From NCBI GenBank assembly GCA_038064975.1, contig JBBTRX010000002.1, positions 259,278 to 320,055 on the forward strand: a stretch of 60,778 nt of DNA, read 5' to 3'. The DNA comes from Patescibacteria group bacterium (lineage in GTDB: Bacteria; Patescibacteriota; Minisyncoccia; UBA6257; 1-14-0-10-40-38). A program made the position numbers and the translations under genes. The notes beneath the pieces were generated by a model that ran no database searches, was not told where the DNA came from, and was given only the letters and a program-made list of their open reading frames with translations. Position 1 is the stretch's first letter, and every line of letters begins with the position of its first letter. Below, in pieces: positions 44,344 to 53,743 of the stretch.

Positions 44344-45213
44344 ATGATTTCGCTGAAAGATGTTTTGCGTGAGGCGCGAGAAGGGCATCGGGCTATCGGA
44401 CATTTCAATATTTCAGATACGGTAACCTTGAAAGCTATTTTTCAATCTGCGAAGAAGTTCGGCGTTCCCGTGCTTATCGGAGTATCGGAAGGTGAGCGTT
44501 CTTTTATCGGAACGCGTGAAGCGGCGGTGCTTGTGCGAAGTTTGCGAGAAGAACATGATTTTCCGATTTATTTGAACGCGGATCATACGCACTCTGCAGA
44601 CAAAATTAAAGAAGCAGTCGCGGCGGGATTTGATGCCGTGCTCTTTGACGGTGGGAAGCTTTCCTTTGAAGAAAATATTGCTCAAACGAAAGCTGTTGTG
44701 GAATACGTGAAATCAAAAAATCCGAACATCCTTGTAGAAGGAGAGTTGGGATATATCGGCAGTTCTTCAGAAATTTTTGATAAGCTGCCTGAAGGAGCAG
44801 CTATCCGTCCGGAGGATCTTACGAAGCCCGAAGATGCAGCTCGATTTGTTCGAGAAACGGGAGTGGATCTTTTGGCTCCTGCCGTAGGTAATGTCCATGG
44901 CATGTTTAAAAATGCTCCGAACCCGCGCCTTGATATTGAAAGAATCCGCATGATTTGCGAAATATCCGGAGTCCCCATGGTCCTCCATGGAGGGTCGGGG
45001 ACGAGCGATGATGATTTCCGAGCGGCGATTACCGCAGGGGTAAGCATTATTCATATCAATACGGAAATCCGCCTTGCATGGAAGGAGGGGCTTGCGGCAG
45101 GACTTGCCGAACATCCCAACGAAGTGGCGCCGTATAAGCTCCTCGAGAAAGCTCTAGACAAAGTAAGTGAAGTCGTCTACAATAGACTAACTTTATTCAG
45201 CCGCAAGTCATAG
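44344..45213 (+). CDS. fba: class II fructose-bisphosphate aldolase family protein
   Basis: AIGHFNISD, LNADHTHS and PMVLHGGSGTSDDD follow the class II (metal-dependent) ketose-bisphosphate aldolase pattern. Confidence 0.8.
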   Translation: MISLKDVLREAREGHRAIGHFNISDTVTLKAIFQSAKKFGVPVLIGVSEGERSFIGTREAAVLVRSLREEHDFPIYLNADHTHSADKIKEAVAAGFDAVLFDGGKLSFEENIAQTKAVVEYVKSKNPNILVEGELGYIGSSSEIFDKLPEGAAIRPEDLTKPEDAARFVRETGVDLLAPAVGNVHGMFKNAPNPRLDIERIRMICEISGVPMVLHGGSGTSDDDFRAAITAGVSIIHINTEIRLAWKEGLAAGLAEHPNEVAPYKLLEKALDKVSEVVYNRLTLFSRKS

Positions 45214-45231
45214 GTAATTGTTTATTTTTAT

Positions 45232-45891
45232 ATGAAACTTATCGTTCAGAAAAGAGAAATACCGGGAAAGAAACCAAAACAGCTTCGCGAAGAAGGCTTA
45301 ATTCCTGGCGAGCTCTACGGCTATGGTACTGAAAATATCCACGTGAGCATTCCAGAAAAGGATTTTGCCCGTGTTTTTAAAGCAGCAGGAGAAAGCTCTC
45401 TTGTCGACATTGAGATTGCTGGAAAATCACATTCCGTGGTTATCCATGACGTAGTCCATGATTCAGTTACTGATAAAGTTATTGCCGTTGATTTTTATCA
45501 AGTGAACTTAAATGAGCCGGTTGAAGTCTCTATTCCATTTAATTTTATCGGCATTCCGCCTGCGGTAAAGGATTTTGGAGGAAACCTCGTCAAAACGCTT
45601 CACGAACTCGCGGTTAAAGTGCTTCCTAATAATATTCCTCATGCTATAGACGTGGATCTTTCGGCCCTTCGCGAAATTGGCAATAGTGTTCATATTAAAG
45701 ATATTGTAATTCCTAAAGGAGTTCAGGTTTTAATTTCTGAAGAAACGGTTCTCGCGACCGTTACTCCTCCGGTCGCTGAAGAAGAGCCGGTACAGGAAAT
45801 CTCTATTGATTCTGTTAAAGTTGAAACTGAAGAGAAGAAGGCAGAGCGTGTAGCGAAAAAAGAAGCTGAAGCAGGGGAATCTGCAAGCTAG
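45232..45891 (+). CDS. rplY: 50S ribosomal protein L25/Ctc (general stress protein form)
   Basis: REIPGKKPKQLREEGLIPGELYG and a two-domain Ctc length (219 aa) with an acidic C-terminal tail. Confidence 0.85.
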   Translation: MKLIVQKREIPGKKPKQLREEGLIPGELYGYGTENIHVSIPEKDFARVFKAAGESSLVDIEIAGKSHSVVIHDVVHDSVTDKVIAVDFYQVNLNEPVEVSIPFNFIGIPPAVKDFGGNLVKTLHELAVKVLPNNIPHAIDVDLSALREIGNSVHIKDIVIPKGVQVLISEETVLATVTPPVAEEEPVQEISIDSVKVETEEKKAERVAKKEAEAGESAS

Positions 45892-45926
45892 AGCTCCGTC
45901 ACGGCTTCGTGGTAATATAGGTTATA

Positions 45927-45948
45927 CCTAGCATAGGCTAGGTTTTTT
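45927..45948 (+). terminator. rho-independent terminator after rplY
   Basis: CCTAGC-ATAG-GCTAGG 6-bp stem followed by TTTTTT at 45943-45948. Confidence 0.55.
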
Positions 45949-45951
45949 GTT

Positions 45952-47301
45952 ATGCGAGCACTATTACATAAGCTATTTTCTATTAGCGTGGGCATTGCTG
46001 TGGGAGCGATGCTTTTTATGCCGTTTATTGGCATGTATCCTTCTCTCGTGCATGCAGACGAAGATCGCGCACTACTCGAACAGCAGCTTGCCGAATTGGA
46101 AGATCAAATTGTTAAGCACGAAGCAACGATTGCTGGCTTAAAAACGCAGGGAAAATCCTTGCAGTCGGAAATTAGCCGTCTAAACGCACAGGTTGATAAA
46201 ATAAACTTGCAAATCAAAGCGGTTAATTTGCAGATTTCAAAATTAGATTCTGAAATTAACGAAAAAGAATACCAGATTAAGGATACAGAAAAGAAAATTG
46301 ATTTTAATAAAGACGCGCTGACTCAAGCGTTGCAAAAAGTATACGTAACCGAACAGAGCGGTCTTATGGAGGTGTTATTGGAAAATCCAAAACTCTCTGA
46401 TTTCTTCGGCGATGTTAACAATCTCTTGAATGTCCAAAATAGCTTAGTGGTTACCATAGATAAGATTACTGATTTAAAGACCAATCTTACTGACCAAAAA
46501 GAAACGCTCTCCCTCCAGAGAGAAGATGCCGCCGCGCTTAAGAGGTATCAGGATGCGCAGAGAATGCAGGCTCAAAATGTGAAAAAAGAAAAAGCGACTT
46601 TGCTCTCCGTAACTAAGGGTAAAGAAGTAGAATTCCAAAAAGTATTGCAGGAAACAAAGAAGACTGCTGCTGAAATCAGAGGCAGAATCTTTAAACTCCT
46701 TGGCGGCGGACAACTTACCTTTGAAGAAGCATATGAATTCGCAAAATTAGCGGAGGGGACTACGGGCATCCGAGCAGCACTTGTTCTTGCGGTGTTGGAT
46801 CAAGAATCCGCGCTCGGAAAAAATGTCGGAAAATGCAATTACAAGACCGCGATGCATCCAACACGCGACATCCCGATTTTCCTTACCCTTGTTGCTGAAC
46901 TTGGGCTAAACCCCGACCAGATGATGGTTTCATGTGCTATTTCTGCTCATGGTGCGTATGGGGGTGCTATGGGTCCCGCGCAATTTATTCCTTCCACGTG
47001 GAATTTATATAAATCCAGCATCGCTGCAGTTACCGGAAACAATCCTCCTTCTCCATGGCGGAATGCGGATGCTTTTATCGCAACCTCGCTATATCTCAAA
47101 GATTCGTATAGCTCTGCAAGTTGTGTGAAATATGGCAATGACTATAGCCATATTCTTCCGAAGCAAATGTTGCAAGAGCGTTGTGCTGCAGCAAAATACT
47201 ACGCTGGCGGACGATGGTTTACCTATCGTTTCATTTATGGAGATCCCGTATTAGAACGTGCAAATCGCTTTGAACAGGATATAGCGATCCTTACTGGGTA
47301 A
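45952..47301 (+). CDS. secreted coiled-coil protein with C-terminal lytic-transglycosylase-like domain
   Basis: Signal/anchor sequence, about 230 aa of heptad-rich coiled coil, then [11 protein letters not shown]...[17 protein letters not shown], resembling the MltB/SLT_2 GxMGxxQFxPSTW motif. Confidence 0.6.
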   Translation: MRALLHKLFSISVGIAVGAMLFMPFIGMYPSLVHADEDRALLEQQLAELEDQIVKHEATIAGLKTQGKSLQSEISRLNAQVDKINLQIKAVNLQISKLDSEINEKEYQIKDTEKKIDFNKDALTQALQKVYVTEQSGLMEVLLENPKLSDFFGDVNNLLNVQNSLVVTIDKITDLKTNLTDQKETLSLQREDAAALKRYQDAQRMQAQNVKKEKATLLSVTKGKEVEFQKVLQETKKTAAEIRGRIFKLLGGGQLTFEEAYEFAKLAEGTTGIRAALVLAVLDQESALGKNVGKCNYKTAMHPTRDIPIFLTLVAELGLNPDQMMVSCAISAHGAYGGAMGPAQFIPSTWNLYKSSIAAVTGNNPPSPWRNADAFIATSLYLKDSYSSASCVKYGNDYSHILPKQMLQERCAAAKYYAGGRWFTYRFIYGDPVLERANRFEQDIAILTG

Positions 47302-48028
47302 TTCCTTTTTCTGCTTCTTGAAGCGCATCTACAATCTTTCCCATATCTCCTTCTAGGATTGTTTGAATATTTCTCCACTTTTTTCCGATGCGATGATCCG
47401 TAATGCGATCGTCGGGGAAGTTATAGGTTCTAATTTTTTCTGAACGGTCTCCGGTGCCAACTTGAGCTTTACGGTTTGCCCCTAGGGAAGATTCTTCTTT
47501 TCTGCGCTGTTCGTCGTAGAGTTTTGCGCGGAGAATAGTCATTGCAGCTTCTCTATTCGCGTGCTGTGAACGCTCGGCTCGGGAGGAAACGACAATTCCG
47601 GTTGGTTTATGGAGTACGCGCACAGCAGTTTCAACTTTATTGACGTTCTGGCCGCCTGGACCTCCGGCGCGGGAAAAAGTAACTTCAATATCGCCTTGGT
47701 TAATCGTGACGTCTTGAGGAGGAATCTCGGGAAGCACGGCAACGGTTGCGGTTGAAGTGTGTACACGGCCCGATTTTTCGGTTGCAGGGACTCGCTGAAC
47801 GCGATGCACTCCGGATTCGTGTTTGAGAGCATCGTAGGTGCCCATTCCCGAGATGCGGGCAATAAAGGTTTTATATCCCCCTAAACTTGTTTCGTTATAG
47901 TCCGAAATGCTAAATTTCCATCCGCGGACAGCGGCATAGCGTTGGTACATGCGTGCCAAATCGCCAGCAAACATAGCCGCTTCATCTCCTCCCGCACCTG
48001 CCCGTATTTCTAAAATAATGTTATTCAT
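47291..48028 (-). CDS. prfA: peptide chain release factor 1 lacking the N-terminal domain 1
   Basis: [26 protein letters not shown] (the RF1-type P-A-T anticodon tripeptide), [16 protein letters not shown] (GGQ) and [11 protein letters not shown]. Only 245 aa; begins at the [12 protein letters not shown] segment. An in-frame stop lies about 50 nt upstream of the ATG. Confidence 0.8.
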   Translation of the reverse strand: MNNIILEIRAGAGGDEAAMFAGDLARMYQRYAAVRGWKFSISDYNETSLGGYKTFIARISGMGTYDALKHESGVHRVQRVPATEKSGRVHTSTATVAVLPEIPPQDVTINQGDIEVTFSRAGGPGGQNVNKVETAVRVLHKPTGIVVSSRAERSQHANREAAMTILRAKLYDEQRRKEESSLGANRKAQVGTGDRSEKIRTYNFPDDRITDHRIGKKWRNIQTILEGDMGKIVDALQEAEKGITQ

Positions 48029-48134
48029 ATGACAACTTGAGAATAGTGAAAAGTTATAAGAGTATTTGTTTGCCCTTCAGCGTCCTCTAGAGTATCATTA
48101 GAGGAGTAAGGGATGCAATCAGGTTTTAGCTCCT

Positions 48135-48539
48135 ATGAACAACCCCCCTCTTCTTCTCATCATAGATGATGATCGTGAGTTTCAGGAAGTGCTCGTCTCA
48201 AAATTCAAGGCGAGCGGATTTCAAGTTCAAATCGCAAATGATGGAGAAGAGGCAGTTAAAAAAGCAAAAGAGTTTTTACCCGATCTCATTTTAATGGATG
48301 TTAAGATGCCAAAAATGGATGGCGTAGGAGCACTCTTAAAAATGAAAGATGATCCTCAAGTCAAAAATATTAAGGTGATCCTTTTGACCGCATTTGGGGA
48401 TCCTCAGCAGGAAATTTATTCTACAGACAAGCGTTTCGCGCAGGAACTCGGTGCCCATGAATATCTTTTAAAGACGCAAGATTTGGATGATATTGTGGCG
48501 CGCGTTAAGGCGTCTCTCGCGGAAGCAGGGAAAAAATAA
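48135..48539 (+). CDS. stand-alone response-regulator receiver (CheY-like) protein
   Basis: LLIIDDDREF, phospho-acceptor DLILMDVKMPKMDG, LLTAF and YLLK. No output domain. Confidence 0.85.
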   Translation: MNNPPLLLIIDDDREFQEVLVSKFKASGFQVQIANDGEEAVKKAKEFLPDLILMDVKMPKMDGVGALLKMKDDPQVKNIKVILLTAFGDPQQEIYSTDKRFAQELGAHEYLLKTQDLDDIVARVKASLAEAGKK

Positions 48540-48547
48540 TTTTAATT

Positions 48548-48943
48548 ATGCACAATCCGCCGGTCATCTTGATAGCCGACGATGACCCGGGATTCCAGGA
48601 AATCGTTGGCACGAAATTAAAACGCAACGGCTTTGCCGTTGCGGAGGCTCATGATGGAAAAGAGGCCGTTGAAAAAGCCAAAAATCTTCACCCAGATTTA
48701 ATTGTGATGGATATTAATATGCCGAACGAAAACGGGACGGAGGCGGTTTTAGATATGAAAGCAAATCCGGAAACGAGAGATATCAAGATAGTTTTTTTCA
48801 CGAGTGAAGAAGATCCATGGCCGGGACTGAAGGGCGAGAGACAGCATTCTGCTGTGGATCTCGGAGCGCAGGATTTTATTCGCAAGAATGACGATCTTGA
48901 CGTTATGGTAGAAAAAATAAAATCCTTCTTAAAAGGTAAATAG
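48548..48943 (+). CDS. stand-alone response-regulator receiver (CheY-like) protein
   Basis: ILIADDDPGF, DLIVMDINMPNENG, VFFTSE and FIRK. No output domain. Starts 8 nt after the previous receiver gene. Confidence 0.85.
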   Translation: MHNPPVILIADDDPGFQEIVGTKLKRNGFAVAEAHDGKEAVEKAKNLHPDLIVMDINMPNENGTEAVLDMKANPETRDIKIVFFTSEEDPWPGLKGERQHSAVDLGAQDFIRKNDDLDVMVEKIKSFLKGK

Positions 48944-49051
48944 AACATTAGGAAAGGGCTTCGAGGAGCGAAGAGCGACGAAGATGTCGCGACTTAGTAA
49001 AGTGCGACGTACAATATTCATTTCTTCTGTTATAAGTTGTATAGTTTATAT

Positions 49052-50047
49052 ATGAAGCAACGCATTTTGACGGGAGATCGGCCGACCGGTCCGCTCCACC
49101 TCGGACATTATTTAGGTTCTTTGAAGCGCCGCGTTGAATTGCAGCACCAATACGAAACATTCATTCTCATCGCGGATATGCAGGGGCTTACGGATAATGC
49201 TCACGACCCGCAAAAAATAGGAGGGAACGTGTTGGAGGTTGCACTTGATTATCTTGCGACAGGTATTGACCCGGACGCAGCAACGATAGTAGTGCAATCG
49301 GAGGTTCCTGAAATTGCGGAGCTTGCGCTTTTGTATATGAATATCGTTACGCTCTCAAGACTCAAGCAAAACCCAACGCTTAAAACCGAGATGAAGCAGA
49401 AAGGATTCGGAGAATCTGTTCCGTTTGGTTTTCTTGCATATCCGGTGAGTCAGGCGGCAGATATTACGGCATTTCAAGCAAATCTTGTTCCTGTAGGTGA
49501 GGATCAACTGCCGATGATAGAGCAGGCACGGGATATTGTTAAAAAATTTAATGGCCTGTATGGCAAAACACTTGTAGAGCCGGAAGCGATGCTATCGGCT
49601 TATCCTCGCCTCTTGGGAACGGACGGGAAAGAAAAAATGTCTAAATCGCTGGGTAACGTGATTAATCTTTCGGATAGCGCGGAGGCAGTTCGCATGAAAG
49701 TAATGAAAATGTATACCGATCCTGCGCGGAAGCGTGCCACCGATCCCGGAAAAGTTGAAGGGAATCCGGTATTCACATATTTAGACGCTTTTGATCCATA
49801 TGAACGCGATGTCGCGGAACTTAAGGACCGCTATCGCAAAGGCTTGGTAGGGGACGTGGAAGTTAAAGAGCGTCTCGTACAAAGTTTGAATTTATTTTTA
49901 GAGCCGATGCGTCGGCGGAGAGAGGAATACGCAAATCATCCGAAAAAAGTTTGGAAAATCCTAAGAAGCGGTTCGGAGCACGGACGCGAAGTCGCGAGCG
50001 AAACTCTCTCTCTCGTCAAAAAAGCAATGCACATTAAGTATTGGTAA
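49052..50047 (+). CDS. trpS: tryptophan--tRNA ligase
   Basis: [20 protein letters not shown] (HIGH region), [17 protein letters not shown] and KMSKS. ATG 49052 is preferred over 49037. Confidence 0.9.
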   Translation: MKQRILTGDRPTGPLHLGHYLGSLKRRVELQHQYETFILIADMQGLTDNAHDPQKIGGNVLEVALDYLATGIDPDAATIVVQSEVPEIAELALLYMNIVTLSRLKQNPTLKTEMKQKGFGESVPFGFLAYPVSQAADITAFQANLVPVGEDQLPMIEQARDIVKKFNGLYGKTLVEPEAMLSAYPRLLGTDGKEKMSKSLGNVINLSDSAEAVRMKVMKMYTDPARKRATDPGKVEGNPVFTYLDAFDPYERDVAELKDRYRKGLVGDVEVKERLVQSLNLFLEPMRRRREEYANHPKKVWKILRSGSEHGREVASETLSLVKKAMHIKYW

Positions 50048-50049
50048 AT

Positions 50050-51102
50050 ATGGAAGAACTTTCTCGTTCTTATTTGAAACAATTTTCGGAATTTAAAAAT
50101 CATAAAGCGGTTTATCGATTTGAAGATGCGGCTACGGAACTCAAGGGTTTTATTGCGATTCATAACGATAATCTAGGGCCCGCAACTGGGGGAACACGAA
50201 TGTTTCCATACCCCTCAGAGGAAGATGCATTGCGGGACGTTCTCAAGCTTTCTCGCGCGATGACTTATAAATGCACTATGGCAGGTGTGCGGCATGGTGG
50301 GGGGAAAGCGGTTATTATTGGAAATCCTAATACAGACAAAACAGAGCGATTAATTCGTGCGTATGCGCGAAAAATTGGAGAACTCAAAGGTGTGTATTCC
50401 ACCGGAGAAGATGTTGGTATTAGTGAAGCCGATGTGCAAATTATGATGCAGGAGGCGCCTTGTTTTGTTGGTAAGACTGGTGTTGCCGGCGATCCATCCC
50501 CGTTTGCTTCTAAGAGCACATTTCTTGCGATGCAGTCGGCAAGCGAAGAAGTTTTTGGCGGTTCTCTTCAGGGTAAGCGAATCGCAGTTAAGGGTATAGG
50601 GAAAGTAGGTGGAGAACTTATTCGCTTGCTTGTTGGGGCGGGCGCGCATGTTACTGTTGCTGATATTCGGGATGAAGCCGTACAGAAACTTGCTTCATCT
50701 CCCTCTATTAATAAAGGAGATACCCGAACTATTCATGCGATTGAGGCGGATATCTTTGCGCCGTGTGCGATGGGTGGAGACTTAACGCTTTCATCGATTC
50801 AAGGAATTAAAGCAAAACTAATTTGCGGTGCGGCAAATAATCAGCTTGCATCTGACGAAATTGGAGATGCGCTCTGGAACATGGGGAAAATATATATTCC
50901 CGATTATGTCGCAAACATGGGTGGGCTCATCAATGTCGTTGACGAACTTGAACAAGGTGGATATAGTCGAGATCGTGTTGAAGAACGTATCCAAAGTGTT
51001 GTGAAAAAAGTGAAAACCATCCTCCGTGTAGCTAAAGAAAAAAATATCTCCCCGCATCGGATAGCCGATACAATGGCGGAGAGTATCTTTATGAATGTCT
51101 AA
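50050..51102 (+). CDS. Glu/Leu/Phe/Val dehydrogenase-family enzyme (leucine dehydrogenase-like)
   Basis: GPATGGTRMFPY, the catalytic-Lys region MAGVRHGGGKAVI and the GIGKVGGELIRLL NAD fold. ATG 50050 follows the trpS stop. Confidence 0.8.
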   Translation: MEELSRSYLKQFSEFKNHKAVYRFEDAATELKGFIAIHNDNLGPATGGTRMFPYPSEEDALRDVLKLSRAMTYKCTMAGVRHGGGKAVIIGNPNTDKTERLIRAYARKIGELKGVYSTGEDVGISEADVQIMMQEAPCFVGKTGVAGDPSPFASKSTFLAMQSASEEVFGGSLQGKRIAVKGIGKVGGELIRLLVGAGAHVTVADIRDEAVQKLASSPSINKGDTRTIHAIEADIFAPCAMGGDLTLSSIQGIKAKLICGAANNQLASDEIGDALWNMGKIYIPDYVANMGGLINVVDELEQGGYSRDRVEERIQSVVKKVKTILRVAKEKNISPHRIADTMAESIFMNV

Positions 51103-51148
51103 GAGGCGTGATTTTTCAGACTGAATTTGCTACACTTTGAGATGATTT

Positions 51149-51166
51149 AGTTCGTTTTAACGAACT
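51149..51166. promoter_or_regulatory. perfect 18-nt palindrome AGTTCGTTTTAACGAACT immediately upstream of the PaaK-like gene
   Basis: AGTTCGTT/AACGAACT half-sites separated by TT. It ends 9 nt before ATG 51176, occupying the expected ribosome-binding region. Confidence 0.45.
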
Positions 51167-51175
51167 ATTGGATCT

Positions 51176-52684
51176 ATGCTTTATTCCGGTAACGAACAGA
51201 TTTCCGCTCACGACATTCTCCAGTCTATTAAAAGCAAGAAGAGTGCTTTTTGGGAAACAGAGCGCGAACAGCGCGCTTTGGAGCTTTTTCATGCCGCTGC
51301 AAAGCGCGTTCCCGCATATAAAGATTTTTTAAAGAAAAATAGCATTCAACCGGCAAAGATAAAAACGTTTTCAGATTTTCAGTCAGTCCCTATTGTTAGT
51401 AAAAAAGACTATCTCAAAGAATATCCGTTGGAAGCGGTGTGCTGGGACGGAACACTTAAAAAGCCGTTGGTTTTTACTTCTACTTCGGGCTCCACGGGAG
51501 ATCCTTTTTATTTTCCTCGTGGACATGAATTGGATTGGGAAGCATCAGTCGCTCATGAGATATTTCTTTCTCATCATCTGCAAAAAAACGATGATTCTAC
51601 CCTTGTTATTGTCGGATTTGGTATGGGTGTTTGGATTGGAGGATTAATTACTTATGAGGCATTTAACTTAGCGAGTAATAGAAAAAAACATCCCGTATCC
51701 ATTCTTACGACCGGTATTAACAAAAAAGAAATTTTTAATGCCCTTAAGAATATAGCTCCAAATTTTAAACAAGTTATTTTAGCGGGCTATCCACCGTTCT
51801 TAAAAGATATCTTAGACGAAGCAGAAAATCATGGTATTAATTTGCATAAATTAAATATTCGCCTTCTCTTTGCTGCAGAATCATTTCCAGAGACATTCCG
51901 AGATTATGTTTCTAAAAAAGCAGGGATTAGAAATCCGTATCTCGATACTTTAAATGTCTATGGCACAGCCGACATTGGAGCGATGGCATGGGAGACGCCG
52001 ACCGCGATTTTAATGCGTCGTCTAGCGATGAAGAAGAAAAAACTTTTTAATGAACTCTTTACTCCACTTGAAAAGACGCCAACGCTTACTCAATACAATC
52101 CAATGTTTGTTACCTTTGAAGAACAGAATGGGCAAGTTCTTCTCACGGGCAACAATACGATTCCGCTTGTTCGCTATGCTGTAGGCGATCACGGCGGGGT
52201 CATGAGCTATACAGAGGCAGAATATGCCATCAAAGAAAATGGATTTGATTTAAAAAAAGAAGCGGGAAAAGCGGGGATTAAAGATATTTACGAATTGCCG
52301 TTTGTATACGTGTACGAACGGAATGATTTCTCCACAACGCTATATGGTTTACAGGTATATCCGGAACCGATTCGCGAAGCCCTCTTAGAAAAGCCGATCA
52401 ATCAGTTTCTTACTGGTAAATTTACGATGCTTACAAAGTTTAGTAAAAATCATGATCAGTATTTAGAAATCAATCTTGAACTTAAGAATGGAAAAAAGCC
52501 GACAACATATTTAGAAAAGGCAACACTTCTTCGTATTGTTGCGACACTGCGTGCAAAAAATTCAGAATACCGCGAACTTTCGGATTATTTAAAAAAGCGC
52601 GCATATCCGCGACTTCATTTCTGGCCGAATGAACACCCACTCTATTTTAAATTAGGCATTAAGCAGAAGTGGGTTAAGAAATAA
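51176..52684 (+). CDS. PaaK-like adenylate-forming enzyme (phenylacetate-CoA ligase / F390-synthetase / CapK family)
   Basis: VPIVSKKDYLKEYP, then FTSTSGSTGDPFYFPR (ANL-superfamily P-loop-like motif in the PaaK arrangement), YGTADIG and LVRYAVGD. Confidence 0.7.
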   Translation: MLYSGNEQISAHDILQSIKSKKSAFWETEREQRALELFHAAAKRVPAYKDFLKKNSIQPAKIKTFSDFQSVPIVSKKDYLKEYPLEAVCWDGTLKKPLVFTSTSGSTGDPFYFPRGHELDWEASVAHEIFLSHHLQKNDDSTLVIVGFGMGVWIGGLITYEAFNLASNRKKHPVSILTTGINKKEIFNALKNIAPNFKQVILAGYPPFLKDILDEAENHGINLHKLNIRLLFAAESFPETFRDYVSKKAGIRNPYLDTLNVYGTADIGAMAWETPTAILMRRLAMKKKKLFNELFTPLEKTPTLTQYNPMFVTFEEQNGQVLLTGNNTIPLVRYAVGDHGGVMSYTEAEYAIKENGFDLKKEAGKAGIKDIYELPFVYVYERNDFSTTLYGLQVYPEPIREALLEKPINQFLTGKFTMLTKFSKNHDQYLEINLELKNGKKPTTYLEKATLLRIVATLRAKNSEYRELSDYLKKRAYPRLHFWPNEHPLYFKLGIKQKWVKK

Positions 52685-52688
52685 ATTT

Positions 52689-53729
52689 ATGGCTCATCTT
52701 GGATATGAAATAAGAAATATTAATCCAAAGGATTTTTTTCTCCAATCCTCTTCTGAGGCAAAAATTAAGTTTTTACTTCGGTATGCAGTTTTTGCGCCTT
52801 CTACACATAATAGTCAGCCATGGCTTTTTGAAATTCGAGGAAATTCATGCAAAATCTACAACGATCCAAACATTCAACTCAAAGAAGCGGATCCGATTAA
52901 TCGTGATTTATATATTAGTTTTGGATGTTTGATTGAAAATTTAATCATAACTGCGAAATATTTTGGAGTTTTGCTGGAAATAAAGTATTCAAATGAAAAA
53001 ACCCAAGAAGATTTGATTGCCGAGATTTTCTTTCAAAATCTTAATACTGTCCAAGTAACAAATATTGACCCATCACTTGAACCACTTCTCATTGCAATAA
53101 CAAAACGAGTCAATGCCCGGGGAATTTTTGAACCAACACTAATTTCCGAAGAGATAAAAAATAAGATTTCATCATTGAGCGATTTCTCAAATATCGCAAT
53201 CCATCTTGTTCAAAATAAAGAACAAATACAACACATTGCAGAGCTTACTGCAGAGGGACTGAAGCAGGCATATGCGAATCCTAGTTTTCGAAAGGAGATG
53301 TCAGAATGGATGCATAATAGTCTTTCAAAAAAAAGACGTGGTATACCAGGATATTCGCTGCGCATGCCCACGATTATATCCTTCTTCTTTCCAGCATTTA
53401 TTCGACGTTTTAATTTAAGTAAAAAAGTTGCGCAATTAAATATTAAAAGTATTGGATCGGCTCCAATAATCGCTGTTATTACGTCAAATCAGAATAGTAA
53501 GCAGGCATGGCTCGATATTGGAAGGTTATTTGAACGTATCACGCTTAATTTAAATATTCTTGGCATTAAGACGTCAATATTTGTTGCGTCTATAGAAATG
53601 GGATTTGGTGAACAAATAAAAGAAATTATTGGATCAAACAACAATCCTCAGTTTCTCTTTTGCATTGGGTATATGAATTACGAACAAAAACCAAATCTTC
53701 GCATGTCCGTTGAGGAGCGAATGAAATAG
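52689..53729 (+). CDS. nitroreductase-fold FMN oxidoreductase, Acg/Rv2032-like tandem-domain type
   Basis: LLRYAVFAPSTHNSQPWLFEIRGN resembles the Acg-family N-terminus. At 346 aa it is about twice a single nitroreductase domain. Start lies 4 nt after the upstream stop. Confidence 0.6.
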   Translation: MAHLGYEIRNINPKDFFLQSSSEAKIKFLLRYAVFAPSTHNSQPWLFEIRGNSCKIYNDPNIQLKEADPINRDLYISFGCLIENLIITAKYFGVLLEIKYSNEKTQEDLIAEIFFQNLNTVQVTNIDPSLEPLLIAITKRVNARGIFEPTLISEEIKNKISSLSDFSNIAIHLVQNKEQIQHIAELTAEGLKQAYANPSFRKEMSEWMHNSLSKKRRGIPGYSLRMPTIISFFFPAFIRRFNLSKKVAQLNIKSIGSAPIIAVITSNQNSKQAWLDIGRLFERITLNLNILGIKTSIFVASIEMGFGEQIKEIIGSNNNPQFLFCIGYMNYEQKPNLRMSVEERMK

Positions 53730-53743
53730 TATATAATCATTAT

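Noticed and set aside
47291-48134. Programmed +1 frameshift of the prfB type as an explanation for the short release factor.
   Set aside because: The protein carries the RF1 PAT motif, not the RF2 SPF motif. The upstream 106 nt cannot encode the missing roughly 105 residues in any frame.
48944-49051. T-box leader upstream of trpS.
   Set aside because: The spacer is only about 108 nt. It lacks a recognisable T-box sequence (AANNNGGUGGNACCGCG-like) and a terminator/antiterminator pair.
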